64,000 nucleotides of DNA from a virus. The stretch spans positions 1 through 64,000 of IMG/VR virus record IMGVR_UViG_3300037119_005846. One strand, 5' to 3'. Both the position numbers and the translations under genes were made by a program. Under the pieces are notes generated by a model. The model was not told where the DNA came from and searched no databases. It worked only from the letters and a program-made list of their open reading frames with translations. Shown here piece after piece: positions 9,581 through 20,343 of the stretch. Positions within the stretch are counted from its first letter, which is position 1, and each line of letters starts with the position of its first letter.

Positions 9581-10489
9581 ATGACTGCAAGAGACAATGC
9601 AGCATCCGTACAGGGTGACGCGATTCGCATCACGCCACTCAACATCGACGGCACGATCAACGCGTCGAAGCCGATCCTGACGACGGACGGCTTCATCTCG
9701 GCGAGCTTCGGCACGGAGTTTGAAGATGGGGACGAAATTTCGGAGAAGGCAGCCAACGGCAAGGTCTGCATTCAATACAAAGCTGACGACTCGATGACGG
9801 GTATTACGTTCAATCTGTCACTGTGCTCGCCTGATCCCGAGGCCGCGGCTGTTCTCGCCGGCGGTGACGTGATCATGAGCTCGGCGTCTGGTCCCGTCGT
9901 TGGTTACTCGTCTCCGGGCGTCGGTGATCTCGTCGGTAACCCGGTGGCAATCGAGATCTGGTCGAAGGCGATCATCAACGGCAAGCCTGCTAGTGGTGAC
10001 CCGTACTGGGCATGGGTATTCCCGTACGTCCGCGTCCGCTACGACGGTGATCGTGAGTTCACCAATGGCGCGCTCGCGAACGAGTTCTCGGGAACCGGAG
10101 TCGGCAACGACGCTCTCGTCGCGGCCGGCCTCAACCCGGTCCGCCCCACGGATACCTTCGTCGTCTACCGCGGTGCTCTCACCAACCCGTTCAGCTACGT
10201 CCGCGCGGCGTCACTGCCGACCTTGGGCTGGAGCACGGTGGCATGGAGCGGTGGTGGCATCGGCCCGAGCGGCACGACCATCGCGGCGACTCTGGCGACC
10301 GGCGCTACCGCCGGCACCCCTGGCTCCTTCACGGGAGGCGCCGTCCCGGCCAACCTCGCCGCCCTGACCGGTGCCGCGCCGGCCATCGTCGCCTCGCCGA
10401 CCTCGGCGTGGACCGGAACACAGTACGTCGTGCTAGGTGACGGCAGCCACGCCTTCTGGAACGCGACAGCCTGGACGGCAGGGCACTGA
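9581..10489 (+). CDS. Major tail protein
   Basis: EDGDEISEKAANGKVC, LCSPDPE, VAIEIWS and YWAWVFP motifs, plus a C-terminal ATGATAGTPGSFT..PANLAAL..W...QYVVLGD..W accessory domain seen in actinophage tail tube proteins. Confidence 0.75.
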   Translation: MTARDNAASVQGDAIRITPLNIDGTINASKPILTTDGFISASFGTEFEDGDEISEKAANGKVCIQYKADDSMTGITFNLSLCSPDPEAAAVLAGGDVIMSSASGPVVGYSSPGVGDLVGNPVAIEIWSKAIINGKPASGDPYWAWVFPYVRVRYDGDREFTNGALANEFSGTGVGNDALVAAGLNPVRPTDTFVVYRGALTNPFSYVRAASLPTLGWSTVAWSGGGIGPSGTTIAATLATGATAGTPGSFTGGAVPANLAALTGAAPAIVASPTSAWTGTQYVVLGDGSHAFWNATAWTAGH

Positions 10490-10833
10490 TGCCAGACGAG
10501 TTCCGGAGCAAGGAGAACTTCCAGTCCGGCGACGAGTGGCTGACTGGTGGCGGGGGCACGGGAGCGCAGGCTCCTCCCGCCATCACAACGCTCACTCCGA
10601 GCACGGTCGGGAACACGCCGACGACTGTCGCGGTCGCTGGCACGTTCCTCAGTGACGTCACCACGGTCAACCACAAGCTCGGTGCTTCCGGTGCGAGCGG
10701 TACCTTGCCGCCGAACATCAACAGCCCGACGTCGCTGACGTTCCTCGCGGACTTCGCGACCGACGGCGTCTACACGATCACGGTGACCAGCCCGGACGGG
10801 ACATCGTCCGGGCTACCGCTCACGGTGTCCTAG
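10489..10833 (+). CDS. Small Ig/IPT-like virion protein
   Basis: PAITTLTPS..G.TF....SPTSLT...GVYTITVTSPDGTS pattern. Confidence 0.55.
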   Translation: MPDEFRSKENFQSGDEWLTGGGGTGAQAPPAITTLTPSTVGNTPTTVAVAGTFLSDVTTVNHKLGASGASGTLPPNINSPTSLTFLADFATDGVYTITVTSPDGTSSGLPLTVS

Positions 10834-10871
10834 CCAGCGCAGTCTTCCTCCCCCCTCGAAGGCTGCCTGGA

Positions 10872-10905
10872 GACGGAGCCGCGGCTTGACGGCCGCGGCT
10901 TCGTC
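10872..10905 (+). terminator. Stem-loop terminator overlapping a promoter
   Basis: GACGGAGCCGCGGC / GCCGCGGCTTCGTC arms. Confidence 0.65.
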
Positions 10906-10915
10906 GCGTTACACT
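10886..10915 (+). promoter_or_regulatory. SigA-like promoter TTGACG-N18-TACACT, leaderless to the GIY-YIG gene
   Basis: -35 lies in the hairpin loop; -10 ends 7 nt before ATG 10923. Confidence 0.55.
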
Positions 10916-10922
10916 GGCGTGC

Positions 10923-11645
10923 ATGACACAGACGAGACAGTGGTCTGTCTACAGCTTGATCGATCCGCGAGACGACGTCGTACGATACGTAGGACTCACG
11001 ACGAATCCAACGAAACGTCTAAGACAACATCTCTACGCCGCGACGCACGGAGCGCCAACTCACTTGTACAAGTGGATTCGCACACTCATTGCGGCTGGTC
11101 TCAAGCCGACGATGAGAATACTTGAGGCAGATGAGTGGACGCGTAGTCAGGCTGATCTTCGCGAGCGCTACTGGATCTCAGAGTTTCGACGCGCTGATCT
11201 GTCACTAACGAATTACACGCGTGGCGGCGAGGGCGGCTGGGGTAGTACTGCAGTGTTCGGCACACGGGAGTATCGTGATCGAGTCTCGGCTGGCGTCAAG
11301 GCACGGTTTGCGAAGTACCCAAAGACACCATCGGAGCGAGGCATGGATGAGGCATGGCGCGACGCAGTTCGACAAGGCAATCGTCGCGCGTGGGACAACC
11401 CAGTCAAGCGTGATCAGATGCTAGAGCGGTTTCGCGCATCGTACTCGGCAACTATTGCGGCAATGACTGAAGAGGAGCGGCAGGCGCGACATGAGCGTCA
11501 CGTCATGGCCGGCAAGTCCATCACCCCCGAAGGACGTGAGCGCTGGAAGCGTCAGATGTTCACGAAGACATCTTGTCCTGACTGCGGCAGAGAGTTCAAC
11601 CGTGTCTGGATGAAGCGACATAAGACGATTGGGCAGTGCACATGA
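10923..11645 (+). CDS. GIY-YIG homing endonuclease
   Basis: VYSLIDPR...RYVGLT..P.KRL.QH, E.YWI and LTN...GGEG motifs; C-terminal CxxC. Confidence 0.85.
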   Translation: MTQTRQWSVYSLIDPRDDVVRYVGLTTNPTKRLRQHLYAATHGAPTHLYKWIRTLIAAGLKPTMRILEADEWTRSQADLRERYWISEFRRADLSLTNYTRGGEGGWGSTAVFGTREYRDRVSAGVKARFAKYPKTPSERGMDEAWRDAVRQGNRRAWDNPVKRDQMLERFRASYSATIAAMTEEERQARHERHVMAGKSITPEGRERWKRQMFTKTSCPDCGREFNRVWMKRHKTIGQCT

Positions 11646-12304
11646 CTCTGCCACCTGACGACCCGGCGCATCAAGACTTCGAGGTTCAGTGGTGGGGCGA
11701 CTGCGCAAACACGTTCTCCGAGGAGACGAAGCAGATCACCTACGCCTACCGGATGGGGCTGGTCCAGACGACGCTGGGTGAGAAGTGGCCGGTGTACGAC
11801 GTCGGCCACAGAGTCATCGTCGACGTCGGCGGCGGCCCGTCGAGCATTCTCCTGAAGTGTCTCAACGTCGGCGCCGGCAGCATGGTCATCGATCCGGGCG
11901 CCTACCCGGAATGGACGCGAGCGCGATACGAGCACTGCGACATCACGGTGTTGCGCGCGCACGCAGAACGCGCGCTGGCGGCGATCAACGAAGAGTCGTT
12001 CGACGAGGCATGGTGCTACAACGTCCTTCAGCACGTCATCGACCCATACGAGATCCTGCGCGAGGCGCGTCGCGTGGCCGGCCGCATCCGCATCTTCGAG
12101 TGGGTCAACACGGAGCCGTCACTCGGGCACCCGCACAAGCTCCTGCCCGAGGCACTAGACGAGATACTGGCCGGAACCGGCCGTGTCGACGACATTCATG
12201 AGAACGGGTGTCACGGCCAGGCGTACTACGGCACGTTCCTGACGAGGCCTTTCGGGCCTGATAAGGTAGCTGGCTCGGTACAGACCACAGACAGGAGACA
12301 GTGA
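11642..12304 (+). CDS. Class I SAM-dependent methyltransferase
   Basis: IVDVGGGP motif I; FDEAWCYNVLQHVIDP motif; ATGA-coupled. Confidence 0.8.
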   Translation: MTLPPDDPAHQDFEVQWWGDCANTFSEETKQITYAYRMGLVQTTLGEKWPVYDVGHRVIVDVGGGPSSILLKCLNVGAGSMVIDPGAYPEWTRARYEHCDITVLRAHAERALAAINEESFDEAWCYNVLQHVIDPYEILREARRVAGRIRIFEWVNTEPSLGHPHKLLPEALDEILAGTGRVDDIHENGCHGQAYYGTFLTRPFGPDKVAGSVQTTDRRQ

Positions 12305-12305
12305 C

Positions 12306-12617
12306 ATGACGACGGATGTCGTCCTGAGCGACAGCATCATCGACTCGGCGCGTGAGCTACGCCGTATTCGTGACCAGCTCGGGAAGCTGAAGAGAAGTGA
12401 GACGCAGCTGCGTGACTCGATCATGAGCGCGCTCGACGGCGCGCCGCGCGGGCTGACTGCGAGCGGAATGCCGGTCGCACACGTCGAGACACAGCACCGC
12501 CGGGGTGTCTCGAGAGACAAGCTCGAGGCAATGTATCCGGAAGTGTTCGAGGCAGTGATGGAGGAGACAGAGGTGAAGGTCCTCAAGATCGACCTGATGA
12601 GCGAGGTGACGCTGTGA
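12306..12617 (+). CDS. Hypothetical coiled-coil phage protein
   Basis: 103-aa ORF with AGGAG RBS. Confidence 0.6.
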   Translation: MTTDVVLSDSIIDSARELRRIRDQLGKLKRSETQLRDSIMSALDGAPRGLTASGMPVAHVETQHRRGVSRDKLEAMYPEVFEAVMEETEVKVLKIDLMSEVTL

Positions 12618-13069
12618 CGAAGTTCGCGCGTGCTCCTCGTCTGACGACGATGGGTGAGAAGGTGATCAAGGACTATCACCCGGAACTGGACGGCATCCGC
12701 GTCGACTTCGTGCTCCGTGACACGACGATCATGGCCGGCAAGAAAGAGATCTGGGGGCGTGCCAAGAAGGTGACCGGTCTCACGGCGTTCTTGGCCGACA
12801 GTGACGAGACGGGCGACGAGTTCTTTCTCATTGAGATCTCGCAGGGCATCTGGGACAAGCTGAATGAAGCCGAGCGCACGGCACTGATCGACCACGAGCT
12901 GTGCCACTGCGTCGCCGAGCGAGCGGGTGAAGACCCGACCAGCCCCGCGACACTCAAGCTCCGAACGCATGATTTCGAAGAGTTCCACGAGATCATCAAG
13001 CGCCACGGCCTGTGGCGCCCCGACATGGAAGCGGCGGCCGCGACATTCGATGAGGTCCTTGAGACGTGA
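12614..13069 (+). CDS. Putative phage metallopeptidase
   Basis: ALIDHELCH (HExxH) and HDFEEF...I.RHGLW motifs. Confidence 0.75.
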   Translation: MTKFARAPRLTTMGEKVIKDYHPELDGIRVDFVLRDTTIMAGKKEIWGRAKKVTGLTAFLADSDETGDEFFLIEISQGIWDKLNEAERTALIDHELCHCVAERAGEDPTSPATLKLRTHDFEEFHEIIKRHGLWRPDMEAAAATFDEVLET

Positions 13070-13254
13070 ACCTCGAGGAGGCGATTCGTATCTCTACGAG
13101 CGCACTCCAGATCGAGAGCATGATGCAGAAGCTCGGCAAAGAGCTGGATGCAGTCGACGGCGTCACGGTGAATCATCACCGCATGCTCGACAACGCGCGT
13201 CAGGCGATGAGAATGCTGGCTGAGTCACTGAGGCCGCTGGTCAACGAAGAGTAA
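13066..13254 (+). CDS. Hypothetical protein
   Basis: Coupled 62-aa ORF. Confidence 0.5.
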   Translation: MNLEEAIRISTSALQIESMMQKLGKELDAVDGVTVNHHRMLDNARQAMRMLAESLRPLVNEE

Positions 13255-13263
13255 GCTGACGGC

Positions 13264-13719
13264 GTGGCTGTTGATGTAACATTCGTGGTCAATCCTGCGG
13301 GGTACCAATCAGCCTTCAAGAGCTGGAACGGCTCGCCGGTCGGCAGGTACATGAGGGAGAAGACCGCGCTGGTCAAGGCGGCGGCGATCCTCGAGGCGCC
13401 GGGACCGGGACACGCGCCCGTGAACACGACCGGAATCATCTACGGCACTGGCGCACTGAAAGCATCGATCATCTCAACAGAGAGTCATCACATGCCCGGG
13501 CGAGACCTCGAGGGTCACGTCATCGCTCTCGCGAAGCACGCGCTGTGGGTGCACAACGGGACACGCGGTCCGTACGTCATCAAGCCCAAAAGTCCAACTG
13601 GTCATCTCCGCTTCTTCGACCTCAAGCGCGGGCACATGGTCATCACCAAGCGAGTGATCCACCCCGGTGTTCGGATCAAACAACCGTTCTTGCTGAAGGC
13701 GCTCAAGCGAGCCATCTGA
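13264..13719 (+). CDS. HK97 gp10-like neck/tail completion protein
   Basis: TGALKASI, ALWVHNGT.P..I.PK...LRF and VIHPG...PFL..AL motifs. Confidence 0.7.
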   Translation: MAVDVTFVVNPAGYQSAFKSWNGSPVGRYMREKTALVKAAAILEAPGPGHAPVNTTGIIYGTGALKASIISTESHHMPGRDLEGHVIALAKHALWVHNGTRGPYVIKPKSPTGHLRFFDLKRGHMVITKRVIHPGVRIKQPFLLKALKRAI

Positions 13720-13748
13720 CGATTCGAGCTCCAAGGTAGTATCGCTGC

Positions 13749-14531
13749 GTGGCAGCTCCACTGACGCCGTGGGTCTCTATCTATGATGTGCTCGGGCGAT
13801 ACGCACCCGAGCTGATTGATCCTGATACTGGCGAGATCATCGGTGATCCGATCGTTGTCGCCCAGTGGCAGAGCGCGATCGACTACGCGACATGGACGCT
13901 GTCAACGCTCTCACGCGGGGCAGTTCATCCTGAAGAGTGCTGGATCGATGAGTACTTGACCACGGCCAGCTGCAAGATCCAGCTGCGTCATCAGCCGCTT
14001 CTTACGGTCATCCGCGTTGACGCGGTCACGGTGTGCGGCAGCTCGATCAACGCGCCGAGCGAGATCGAGTACTGTCTGATCGACCCGCGCACGATCGACG
14101 TCTGTTGCTCTACCGGTGGAGTGACATCATCGCAGTGCGGCTGCTTCCAGACCGCTATCCGCGTCTACTACCGAACAGACTCGACGCTGCCACCGAGCAC
14201 GGAATACCTCATCGCATGGCTCGCGAATCAGCTCATGCTCCAGCAAAGTGGCAGAGCGTGCGAGCTTCCTCAGCGCGTCACGTCGGTCTCGCGCCAGGGC
14301 GTCAGCTGGTCGTTCGTCGACCCGATGGACTTCCTTGACAAGGGTCTGACCGGCATCGGTCAGGTAGACACGTGGGTCTCACTCGTTAGATTGAACTATC
14401 CGTCGTCGCGCCTGATCGATCCACTTCGCTCGCAGTTGCGCACCACGCGACGTGTCAACTGCGACGGCGCTGAGTTCCAGTCTGTCGAGTATTCTCCCAG
14501 CTTCAACGTCACGACAGACATGGTGGGATGA
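13749..14531 (+). CDS. Head-to-tail adaptor
   Basis: [17 protein letters not shown]...D....GLTGI..VD.W motif typical of actinophage adaptors. Confidence 0.75.
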   Translation: MAAPLTPWVSIYDVLGRYAPELIDPDTGEIIGDPIVVAQWQSAIDYATWTLSTLSRGAVHPEECWIDEYLTTASCKIQLRHQPLLTVIRVDAVTVCGSSINAPSEIEYCLIDPRTIDVCCSTGGVTSSQCGCFQTAIRVYYRTDSTLPPSTEYLIAWLANQLMLQQSGRACELPQRVTSVSRQGVSWSFVDPMDFLDKGLTGIGQVDTWVSLVRLNYPSSRLIDPLRSQLRTTRRVNCDGAEFQSVEYSPSFNVTTDMVG

Positions 14532-17383
14532 TGACGATCAGCGACAAGTGGCTCAAGTCCGGCTACCCAGCGACACTCGACGCCGGCGTCGAGTCAAGTA
14601 TCGCGCCGTTCCAGGACAACACCGAGGAAGAGATCACGGCGCGAATCCTTCGTAACTTCGCGTACGAGATCGATCAGATCCTGACCGAGTGGATTGGCGA
14701 GGGGCATGGACCACCGGGAGCGACCGGAGCGACCGGGCCGCCCGGCGCCGGTTTCAACTACGTGGGCGTCACCGGAGACGACCCACACGTCGGCGTTAAC
14801 TCACTAACTGTGGGTGAGATTCCGGCGGGCGGCTGGTCCACCGGCGATCTCGTCTTGGCGTTCTACTCGTACGAGGGCGGCGGCGGCGGCAGTGTGCCGA
14901 CGATCGTGCCGCAGCTCTGGGTCTACAATGAAGAGCCGACGACAATCTGGACGTGGATTGGCGAGATAGCCAGTCCTATTCCCGGACCGATCGGTCAGAC
15001 CGGCGCAACCGGACCAACTGGTGAGCGAGGCTCATCCGGGACGACAGGAGAGACAGGTCCGCGTGGCATTCAGGGCTACGTTGGCATGCCTGGTTCGACC
15101 GGACCGATCGGGCCGCCGGGGCCTAGCGGGCGGCCCGGACCGTCAGGCTCACCGGGACCCTCCGGTTCATCTGGAGCAGCCGGGCCCGCGGGTGGTCCAA
15201 CAGGTCCATCGGGCGTGTCTGGCGCCGTCGGTCCTTCAGGTCCTCCCGGTGCGACAGGGCCGGCCGGGCCGTCTGGAGCATCTGGCCCTCCCGGCACCGG
15301 CGGCGGAGGTAGCGGTGATGGAGCGACTGGAGCGACTGGAGCGACAGGAGCGACAGGCGTCAAGGGAACAACGGGAGCTACCGGACCAACCGGGCCAACC
15401 GGTGCAGGGACGACCGGCGCGACCGGGCCAGTAGGCGCAGGAACAACTGGAGCGACCGGGCCAGCTGGCTCTGTCGGTGCGACAGGCTCGACCGGACCTG
15501 CTGGCACCGTCGGTGCGACAGGCGCGACTGGACCAGCCGGTGTCACGGGACCAACCGGCACCGGCGGACTGACAGGCGCAACGGGACCGACCGGCGCGAC
15601 AGGAGCAGCCGGCTCTGGTGTCGCTATCAAGGGCACGCTGTCCGGCACCGGTACAGCGCTGCCGTCGTCACCGGTCGTCGGTGACATGTGGATTCTTGGC
15701 TCGCCGGTGCCGACTGCCGCGCCTGATCCACCTGCCGGGTCAAAGGCGCCTGGCGACGGTATCGTCTGGTCCGGCTCAGTATGGAACAACGTTGGCCCAA
15801 TTCGTGGGCCGCAGGGTGACATCGGTCCTACCGGGCCCGCGGGAGTAACGGGAGTAACAGGAACAAGCGGCGCGACAGGAGTAACCGGACCCACCGGATT
15901 GACGGGTGTCACCGGACCGACTGGTGTCACCGGCACAGTCGGAACGACGGGAGCGACTGGACCCACCGGACCTGTGGGTACTACTGGTCCTACAGGCGTG
16001 ACAGGAGCAGCCGGGGTAACTGGGGTCACCGGGGCAACAGGCGTCGGCGCTACCGGTGTCACAGGACCGACTGGTGTGACAGGAGCAACCGGTGCCGGCG
16101 TGACTGGCGCGACAGGGCCAACCGGTGTGACGGGAGCGACGGGTGCCGGAGTTACCGGGGCGACAGGACCGACTGGTCCTACCGGGCCGACCGGCGTGAC
16201 AGGAACTGCGGGTGTCACGGGAGCCACCGGCGCAACCGCGACGGGTGCCGTCCTGACTACGCGCACGATTTCCACGACCGCGCCACTGACCGGCGGTGGT
16301 GACCTGTCTGCGGACCGTACTTTCGCGATCACCGACTTCACCGTGTCGACAAAGGGTACGGTCCCGACTCCTGGCGGCACGAGCAGTGGCCGGTTCCTGA
16401 TGGACGACGGCACCTGGACCGTTCCACCGTCGACGTCCAGCTCGGCGTCCGGGGTGTTCCCGTTCATGTACTCGACGTCGACGACGGAGCCGCCGACCGG
16501 TTCCCAGATCCGCGGCAACAACGCCACGTTCACGTCGTCCACGAAGTTGTGGATCATGGAGACGACCACCGACGGCCTCGACGTCACCGTCGGTCTCGGC
16601 CGGATCAAGGCCGGGTTCCAGGTGTACGTGCAGGACTACTCGTCGTCGGCCCGCTACGCCCTGTTCAACGTCACCGCCGACGCCACCGACAAAGGCGTCT
16701 ACTGGGAGGTGACCGTCGCGCTGGCGTCGTCGGCTGGCACCGTCCCGGCCGGCAAGATCGCCTTGCAGACGTTGTCGTCGGCGCAGGCATCGAAGGTGTT
16801 CTCGACGACGGCGACGATCCCAGGGATCGTCCCCGGCTCGAACGGTGCCACCACCTCGTTCCTGCGTGGCGACGCCACCTGGGCGACCCCGTCGACCACG
16901 CCGGCCGCGTCGACGATCACGCCGGCGATGATGGCCAACGGCGACTTCGGTGACTTCACCGTCGCCTCCAACGTCGCCACCATCGACGCCGCCGCCGTCA
17001 CGTTGGCGAAGATGGCGAACCTCGCCCAAGACCAAGTGATCGGCCGCACTACCGCCTCGACCGGTGTACCGGAGACGTTCACCGTCACCGCCGCGGCACG
17101 CACCGTCCTCGACGACACCACTACCGCGGCGATGCTGACGACGTTGGGCGCCCAACCCGTCGACTCGGACCTGACGACGATCGCCGGCCTGACCGCCACG
17201 ACCGACAACATCATCCAGTCGGTCGGCTCGGCGTGGGCGTCACGCACGCCGGCGCAGGCTCGCACCGCCCTCGCTGTACCCCAGGCTCTCAACGGACTGG
17301 TCGCCGTGTGGAAGGGCACCGCCGCTGAGTATGCCGCTATCGGCACTAAAGACGCCAACACCCTCTATGCCGTCACCGCCTAG
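14528..17383 (+). CDS. Collagen-like tail fibre / minor tail protein with Gly-X-Thr repeats
   Basis: Long GAT/GPT/GVT tracts, FLRGDATW fibre motif and C-terminal [16 protein letters not shown]. Confidence 0.85.
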   Translation: MMTISDKWLKSGYPATLDAGVESSIAPFQDNTEEEITARILRNFAYEIDQILTEWIGEGHGPPGATGATGPPGAGFNYVGVTGDDPHVGVNSLTVGEIPAGGWSTGDLVLAFYSYEGGGGGSVPTIVPQLWVYNEEPTTIWTWIGEIASPIPGPIGQTGATGPTGERGSSGTTGETGPRGIQGYVGMPGSTGPIGPPGPSGRPGPSGSPGPSGSSGAAGPAGGPTGPSGVSGAVGPSGPPGATGPAGPSGASGPPGTGGGGSGDGATGATGATGATGVKGTTGATGPTGPTGAGTTGATGPVGAGTTGATGPAGSVGATGSTGPAGTVGATGATGPAGVTGPTGTGGLTGATGPTGATGAAGSGVAIKGTLSGTGTALPSSPVVGDMWILGSPVPTAAPDPPAGSKAPGDGIVWSGSVWNNVGPIRGPQGDIGPTGPAGVTGVTGTSGATGVTGPTGLTGVTGPTGVTGTVGTTGATGPTGPVGTTGPTGVTGAAGVTGVTGATGVGATGVTGPTGVTGATGAGVTGATGPTGVTGATGAGVTGATGPTGPTGPTGVTGTAGVTGATGATATGAVLTTRTISTTAPLTGGGDLSADRTFAITDFTVSTKGTVPTPGGTSSGRFLMDDGTWTVPPSTSSSASGVFPFMYSTSTTEPPTGSQIRGNNATFTSSTKLWIMETTTDGLDVTVGLGRIKAGFQVYVQDYSSSARYALFNVTADATDKGVYWEVTVALASSAGTVPAGKIALQTLSSAQASKVFSTTATIPGIVPGSNGATTSFLRGDATWATPSTTPAASTITPAMMANGDFGDFTVASNVATIDAAAVTLAKMANLAQDQVIGRTTASTGVPETFTVTAAARTVLDDTTTAAMLTTLGAQPVDSDLTTIAGLTATTDNIIQSVGSAWASRTPAQARTALAVPQALNGLVAVWKGTAAEYAAIGTKDANTLYAVTA

Positions 17384-17386
17384 GAG

Positions 17387-17974
17387 ATGACAGAACCAAT
17401 GCGTCACGGGGGAACAAGCTACAAGTTCGCTCACCATCGCACCGTCGATGGCGAGCGCTGTCTCATCTGGGGCAATGGGATCGGCGAGGTGCTCATCCCT
17501 GTCGCCTCTCCCGAATATAGCGAAGCTCTTCACGATCGGTCCTGGGACCACAACGCTCTCGTCAACAGTGGCGAGGATGACATCCTCAACGTGTACTTCC
17601 GCAACACGACCAGGCTGACGACGTTCTACGGGCGCCTCTACGGCGGCGGTTCTCCCGATGACACGGCCACCTTGACCACGGTGGGTACCGAGGTGACCAC
17701 GCCAACTACGCAGGGCTATACCCCTGTGTCGTGGGCGACCGCTGACTTCGGTGCTCCTGCGAACATCACCACGTCGCAGACAACGACCTCATCGGTGAAG
17801 ACGTTCGGGCCTGCTACGGCTACGTGGGCGGTGGCTAACCGTCTTGCGCTGTGTTCAGTGAACTCAGGCACCACGGGCACTCCTGGTCTGATCGCTTGGG
17901 TAGCTCTGTCGACTGCTCGCACGCTCGTCAACACCGACACGCTCGATGTGTCCATCGCCGTGGGGCTGGACTGA
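17387..17974 (+). CDS. Putative virion structural protein
   Basis: Thr-rich beta protein (TEV...GY.....W...F....W..ART...DTL) within the fibre cluster. Confidence 0.55.
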   Translation: MTEPMRHGGTSYKFAHHRTVDGERCLIWGNGIGEVLIPVASPEYSEALHDRSWDHNALVNSGEDDILNVYFRNTTRLTTFYGRLYGGGSPDDTATLTTVGTEVTTPTTQGYTPVSWATADFGAPANITTSQTTTSSVKTFGPATATWAVANRLALCSVNSGTTGTPGLIAWVALSTARTLVNTDTLDVSIAVGLD

Positions 17975-18010
17975 GTACCCTCTACGCCGTAACCGCCCTA
18001 GGAGAACAAC

Positions 18011-18316
18011 ATGGCCCTCATTGATGATTACGCCGCCATCTGGCAGAACGACACCGAGTTCAGGCAGCGGCTCACCGTCCAGTTCGCACAGACGATGACG
18101 TCGATCCTGGCCGGCACCCCATCCGTCGAACACGTCAATCTCGGCCGGCTGTACGCCCAGTCACCGGACACGGCAATCAACCAGGCGTTGCCGTTCTGCG
18201 GGGCGTTCATCCTCAACCGTGGCGACTCGGACCCGTCCGACGACACCCAGATGGTGGCCGCCGTCGAACAGTCGATCGGCATGCTCGTCACCCTCGGCGT
18301 CGGCATCCCGGCATGA
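18011..18316 (+). CDS. Hypothetical protein
   Basis: AGGAG RBS; 101 aa. Confidence 0.55.
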   Translation: MALIDDYAAIWQNDTEFRQRLTVQFAQTMTSILAGTPSVEHVNLGRLYAQSPDTAINQALPFCGAFILNRGDSDPSDDTQMVAAVEQSIGMLVTLGVGIPA

Positions 18317-18768
18317 GTTCCCTGAACCTCGTCTCGGTGACGGCGACGTCGTCGGGGTTGACGACGGCCACGACCGCCTACACGGCAGACGACACGCTCG
18401 GCGCCCTCATGTCGTGGAACGTGACGGCGGCGAAAGGGTTGATCCTCGGCGCCGTCATCACCGACGTGTCCGACATCATCGGTGCCGTCGACGTGTTCCT
18501 GTTCGACAGGTCCGTCACGTTCGGCACCGACAACGCCGCCCCGTCGATCTCCGACGCCGACATCCTGTTCGACATCGGCGTCATCAACTTCCCGTACCCG
18601 TACGACCTGGGCGGCGCCCGAGCCGCGTCGGTCGACTCGATCGCCCTGCCGTACACCGCCAACGCCTCGACCACCATCTACGGCGGGCTGGTCACCCGGT
18701 CGGGGCACACTTTCTTCGGTGCCGCCTCGGCGCTGCAAGTGAGGCTGCTCGTCTCGACGGACTCGTAA
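18313..18768 (+). CDS. Small beta-rich virion protein
   Basis: Coupled 151-aa ORF, Thr/Ala-rich. Confidence 0.55.
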   Translation: MSSLNLVSVTATSSGLTTATTAYTADDTLGALMSWNVTAAKGLILGAVITDVSDIIGAVDVFLFDRSVTFGTDNAAPSISDADILFDIGVINFPYPYDLGGARAASVDSIALPYTANASTTIYGGLVTRSGHTFFGAASALQVRLLVSTDS

Positions 18769-18770
18769 CG

Positions 18771-19454
18771 ATGGCACGGGCGTTCAGTTCCTCGTACATC
18801 CAGTACGCCGCCGGGCCGTTGGAGACGCAGGCGACGACGACGATCACACTTGCCGCCGCCTTCGTGCCGCCCGCTATCAACGGGGCATGGCAGGCGATGC
18901 TCGGGGTCAACACCTCGGGGGCCGCCGACGGAATCGAACTGAGCCTCGACAACTTCGGCTGCCAACCGTTCATCTACGACAGTAGTGGCCAGATTTTTTC
19001 CGGGTTCCAAGCGTTCGTCGCCGACGGCTGGACTGTGTTGGCGGCGACGTTGACGGCATCGCAGACAACGTTTCATTACTACGTGTTCGGCACCAACACC
19101 TGGACGCACACCACCGCGGCCGGCAGCGCGAACCCTGACCCGGCCGGTACGGGCGGCGCGTACATTGTCGGAAGGTCACGCGGCACCGACGCTATGGCCG
19201 CGTCGACGTGGGCGGCGGGGGCGATCTGGTTCCGTGAACTGAAACAGGGTGAGATCGAACGGCTGCCTCGCGGCAACTGGTGGACGACGACCCCCGCCTT
19301 CCACGTCGAGTTCCCGTCCGGAGTCGACAATCCGGCGCTGACGAAGGACGTCAGCCGCTACCACCTGACTCAGTCGACGGTGTCCGGCACCACCCGCGCC
19401 GCCCTCGCCGACCCGCCCGGCTTCCGTTTCTCACCGCTCAATCGGAGGCGCTGA
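18771..19454 (+). CDS. LamG/concanavalin-like domain protein
   Basis: True start is probably MARAF at 18771; GWT.LA.T and IWFREL..GEI..L pattern of LamG folds. Confidence 0.6.
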   Translation: MARAFSSSYIQYAAGPLETQATTTITLAAAFVPPAINGAWQAMLGVNTSGAADGIELSLDNFGCQPFIYDSSGQIFSGFQAFVADGWTVLAATLTASQTTFHYYVFGTNTWTHTTAAGSANPDPAGTGGAYIVGRSRGTDAMAASTWAAGAIWFRELKQGEIERLPRGNWWTTTPAFHVEFPSGVDNPALTKDVSRYHLTQSTVSGTTRAALADPPGFRFSPLNRRR

Positions 19455-19900
19455 TGGCTCACGGGCCGGCCGGGCACCTCCTGCTGCCGATCCGCGGCCG
19501 GTCCGGACCGGCCGCCCCGACCGTCGTGCAGGAGGGGTTCCGTTGGCGTAACGACGACGGGTCAGAGACGACAGCAACCTGGGCGGCGGCACAGGACACG
19601 AACGCGTCGTTGGCGTTGGCGACGAACACCCGGCTGCGTGTCGTGCTCGACGCAACCGGCGATCCGGCCCCGACCGCCTACACCCTGTACTACAAGAAGT
19701 CGACGGACTCGACGTGGCTGCCGGTCGCGGTCGGATCAGGTGGCGGCGACCCCGTGTACGTCGCCACGTCATCGAACATCACTGCTTCGGGTGAGGCGAC
19801 GACCGCTCAACTGACTGCACCGTCCGGTAAGACGACGGCCGATTTCTCGGTGGGCCGGATGTGGGACGACGAGAACGGCACCGACCTGATCGACCTCTAG
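19454..19900 (+). CDS. Virion appendage protein carrying the FRWRNDDG module (part A)
   Basis: TGATG-coupled start; QEGFRWRNDDGSETTA...GRMWDDENG.D.IDL, repeated at 21355-21723. Confidence 0.65.
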   Translation: MAHGPAGHLLLPIRGRSGPAAPTVVQEGFRWRNDDGSETTATWAAAQDTNASLALATNTRLRVVLDATGDPAPTAYTLYYKKSTDSTWLPVAVGSGGGDPVYVATSSNITASGEATTAQLTAPSGKTTADFSVGRMWDDENGTDLIDL

Positions 19901-19908
19901 GAGCACCG

Positions 19909-20343
19909 ATGGCAACAACGAAACACAAGGCCTACTCAGCGGCGATCGCGAACGTCCACACGACGTCGCTCAACTCGTTGGCGAACAACGCCAACAGTGC
20001 GGCGTCGTCGGCGATCGACAACGGGACGCTCCTCGACCTGTACGACGACCTCACCTTGACCGTCGCCACGCAGGGTTCGGCCCGTTCGGCCGGGGCCGTC
20101 GTCACCGTCTATCTGATCCCGGCGTTGGACGGCACCAACTACGACGCCGTCAGCGAAGCCACCGCAGAGGTGGCCGCCGTGTTCTCGCTGGATGCGGCGA
20201 CGACGGCCCGCCAGTCGACGCGGCGTGACATCCCGATCCCGCCCGGCCTGTTCGAGTACTTCGTCCGCAACTCGACCGGGCAGGCATTCGCCTCGTCCGG
20301 CAACATCCTCGAACGTCGCCCGCATTCGTTGGAGACTGCCTGA
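19909..20343 (+). CDS. Small beta-rich virion protein
   Basis: AGGAG RBS; YLIPALDGTNY and IPPG.F.Y...N.TGQA motifs. Confidence 0.6.
   Translation: MATTKHKAYSAAIANVHTTSLNSLANNANSAASSAIDNGTLLDLYDDLTLTVATQGSARSAGAVVTVYLIPALDGTNYDAVSEATAEVAAVFSLDAATTARQSTRRDIPIPPGLFEYFVRNSTGQAFASSGNILERRPHSLETA

Noticed and set aside
15076-17155. Long minus-strand ORFs (510 and 459 aa), also 6735-7502
   Set aside because: Shadows of collagen repeats and high-GC coding on the + strand.
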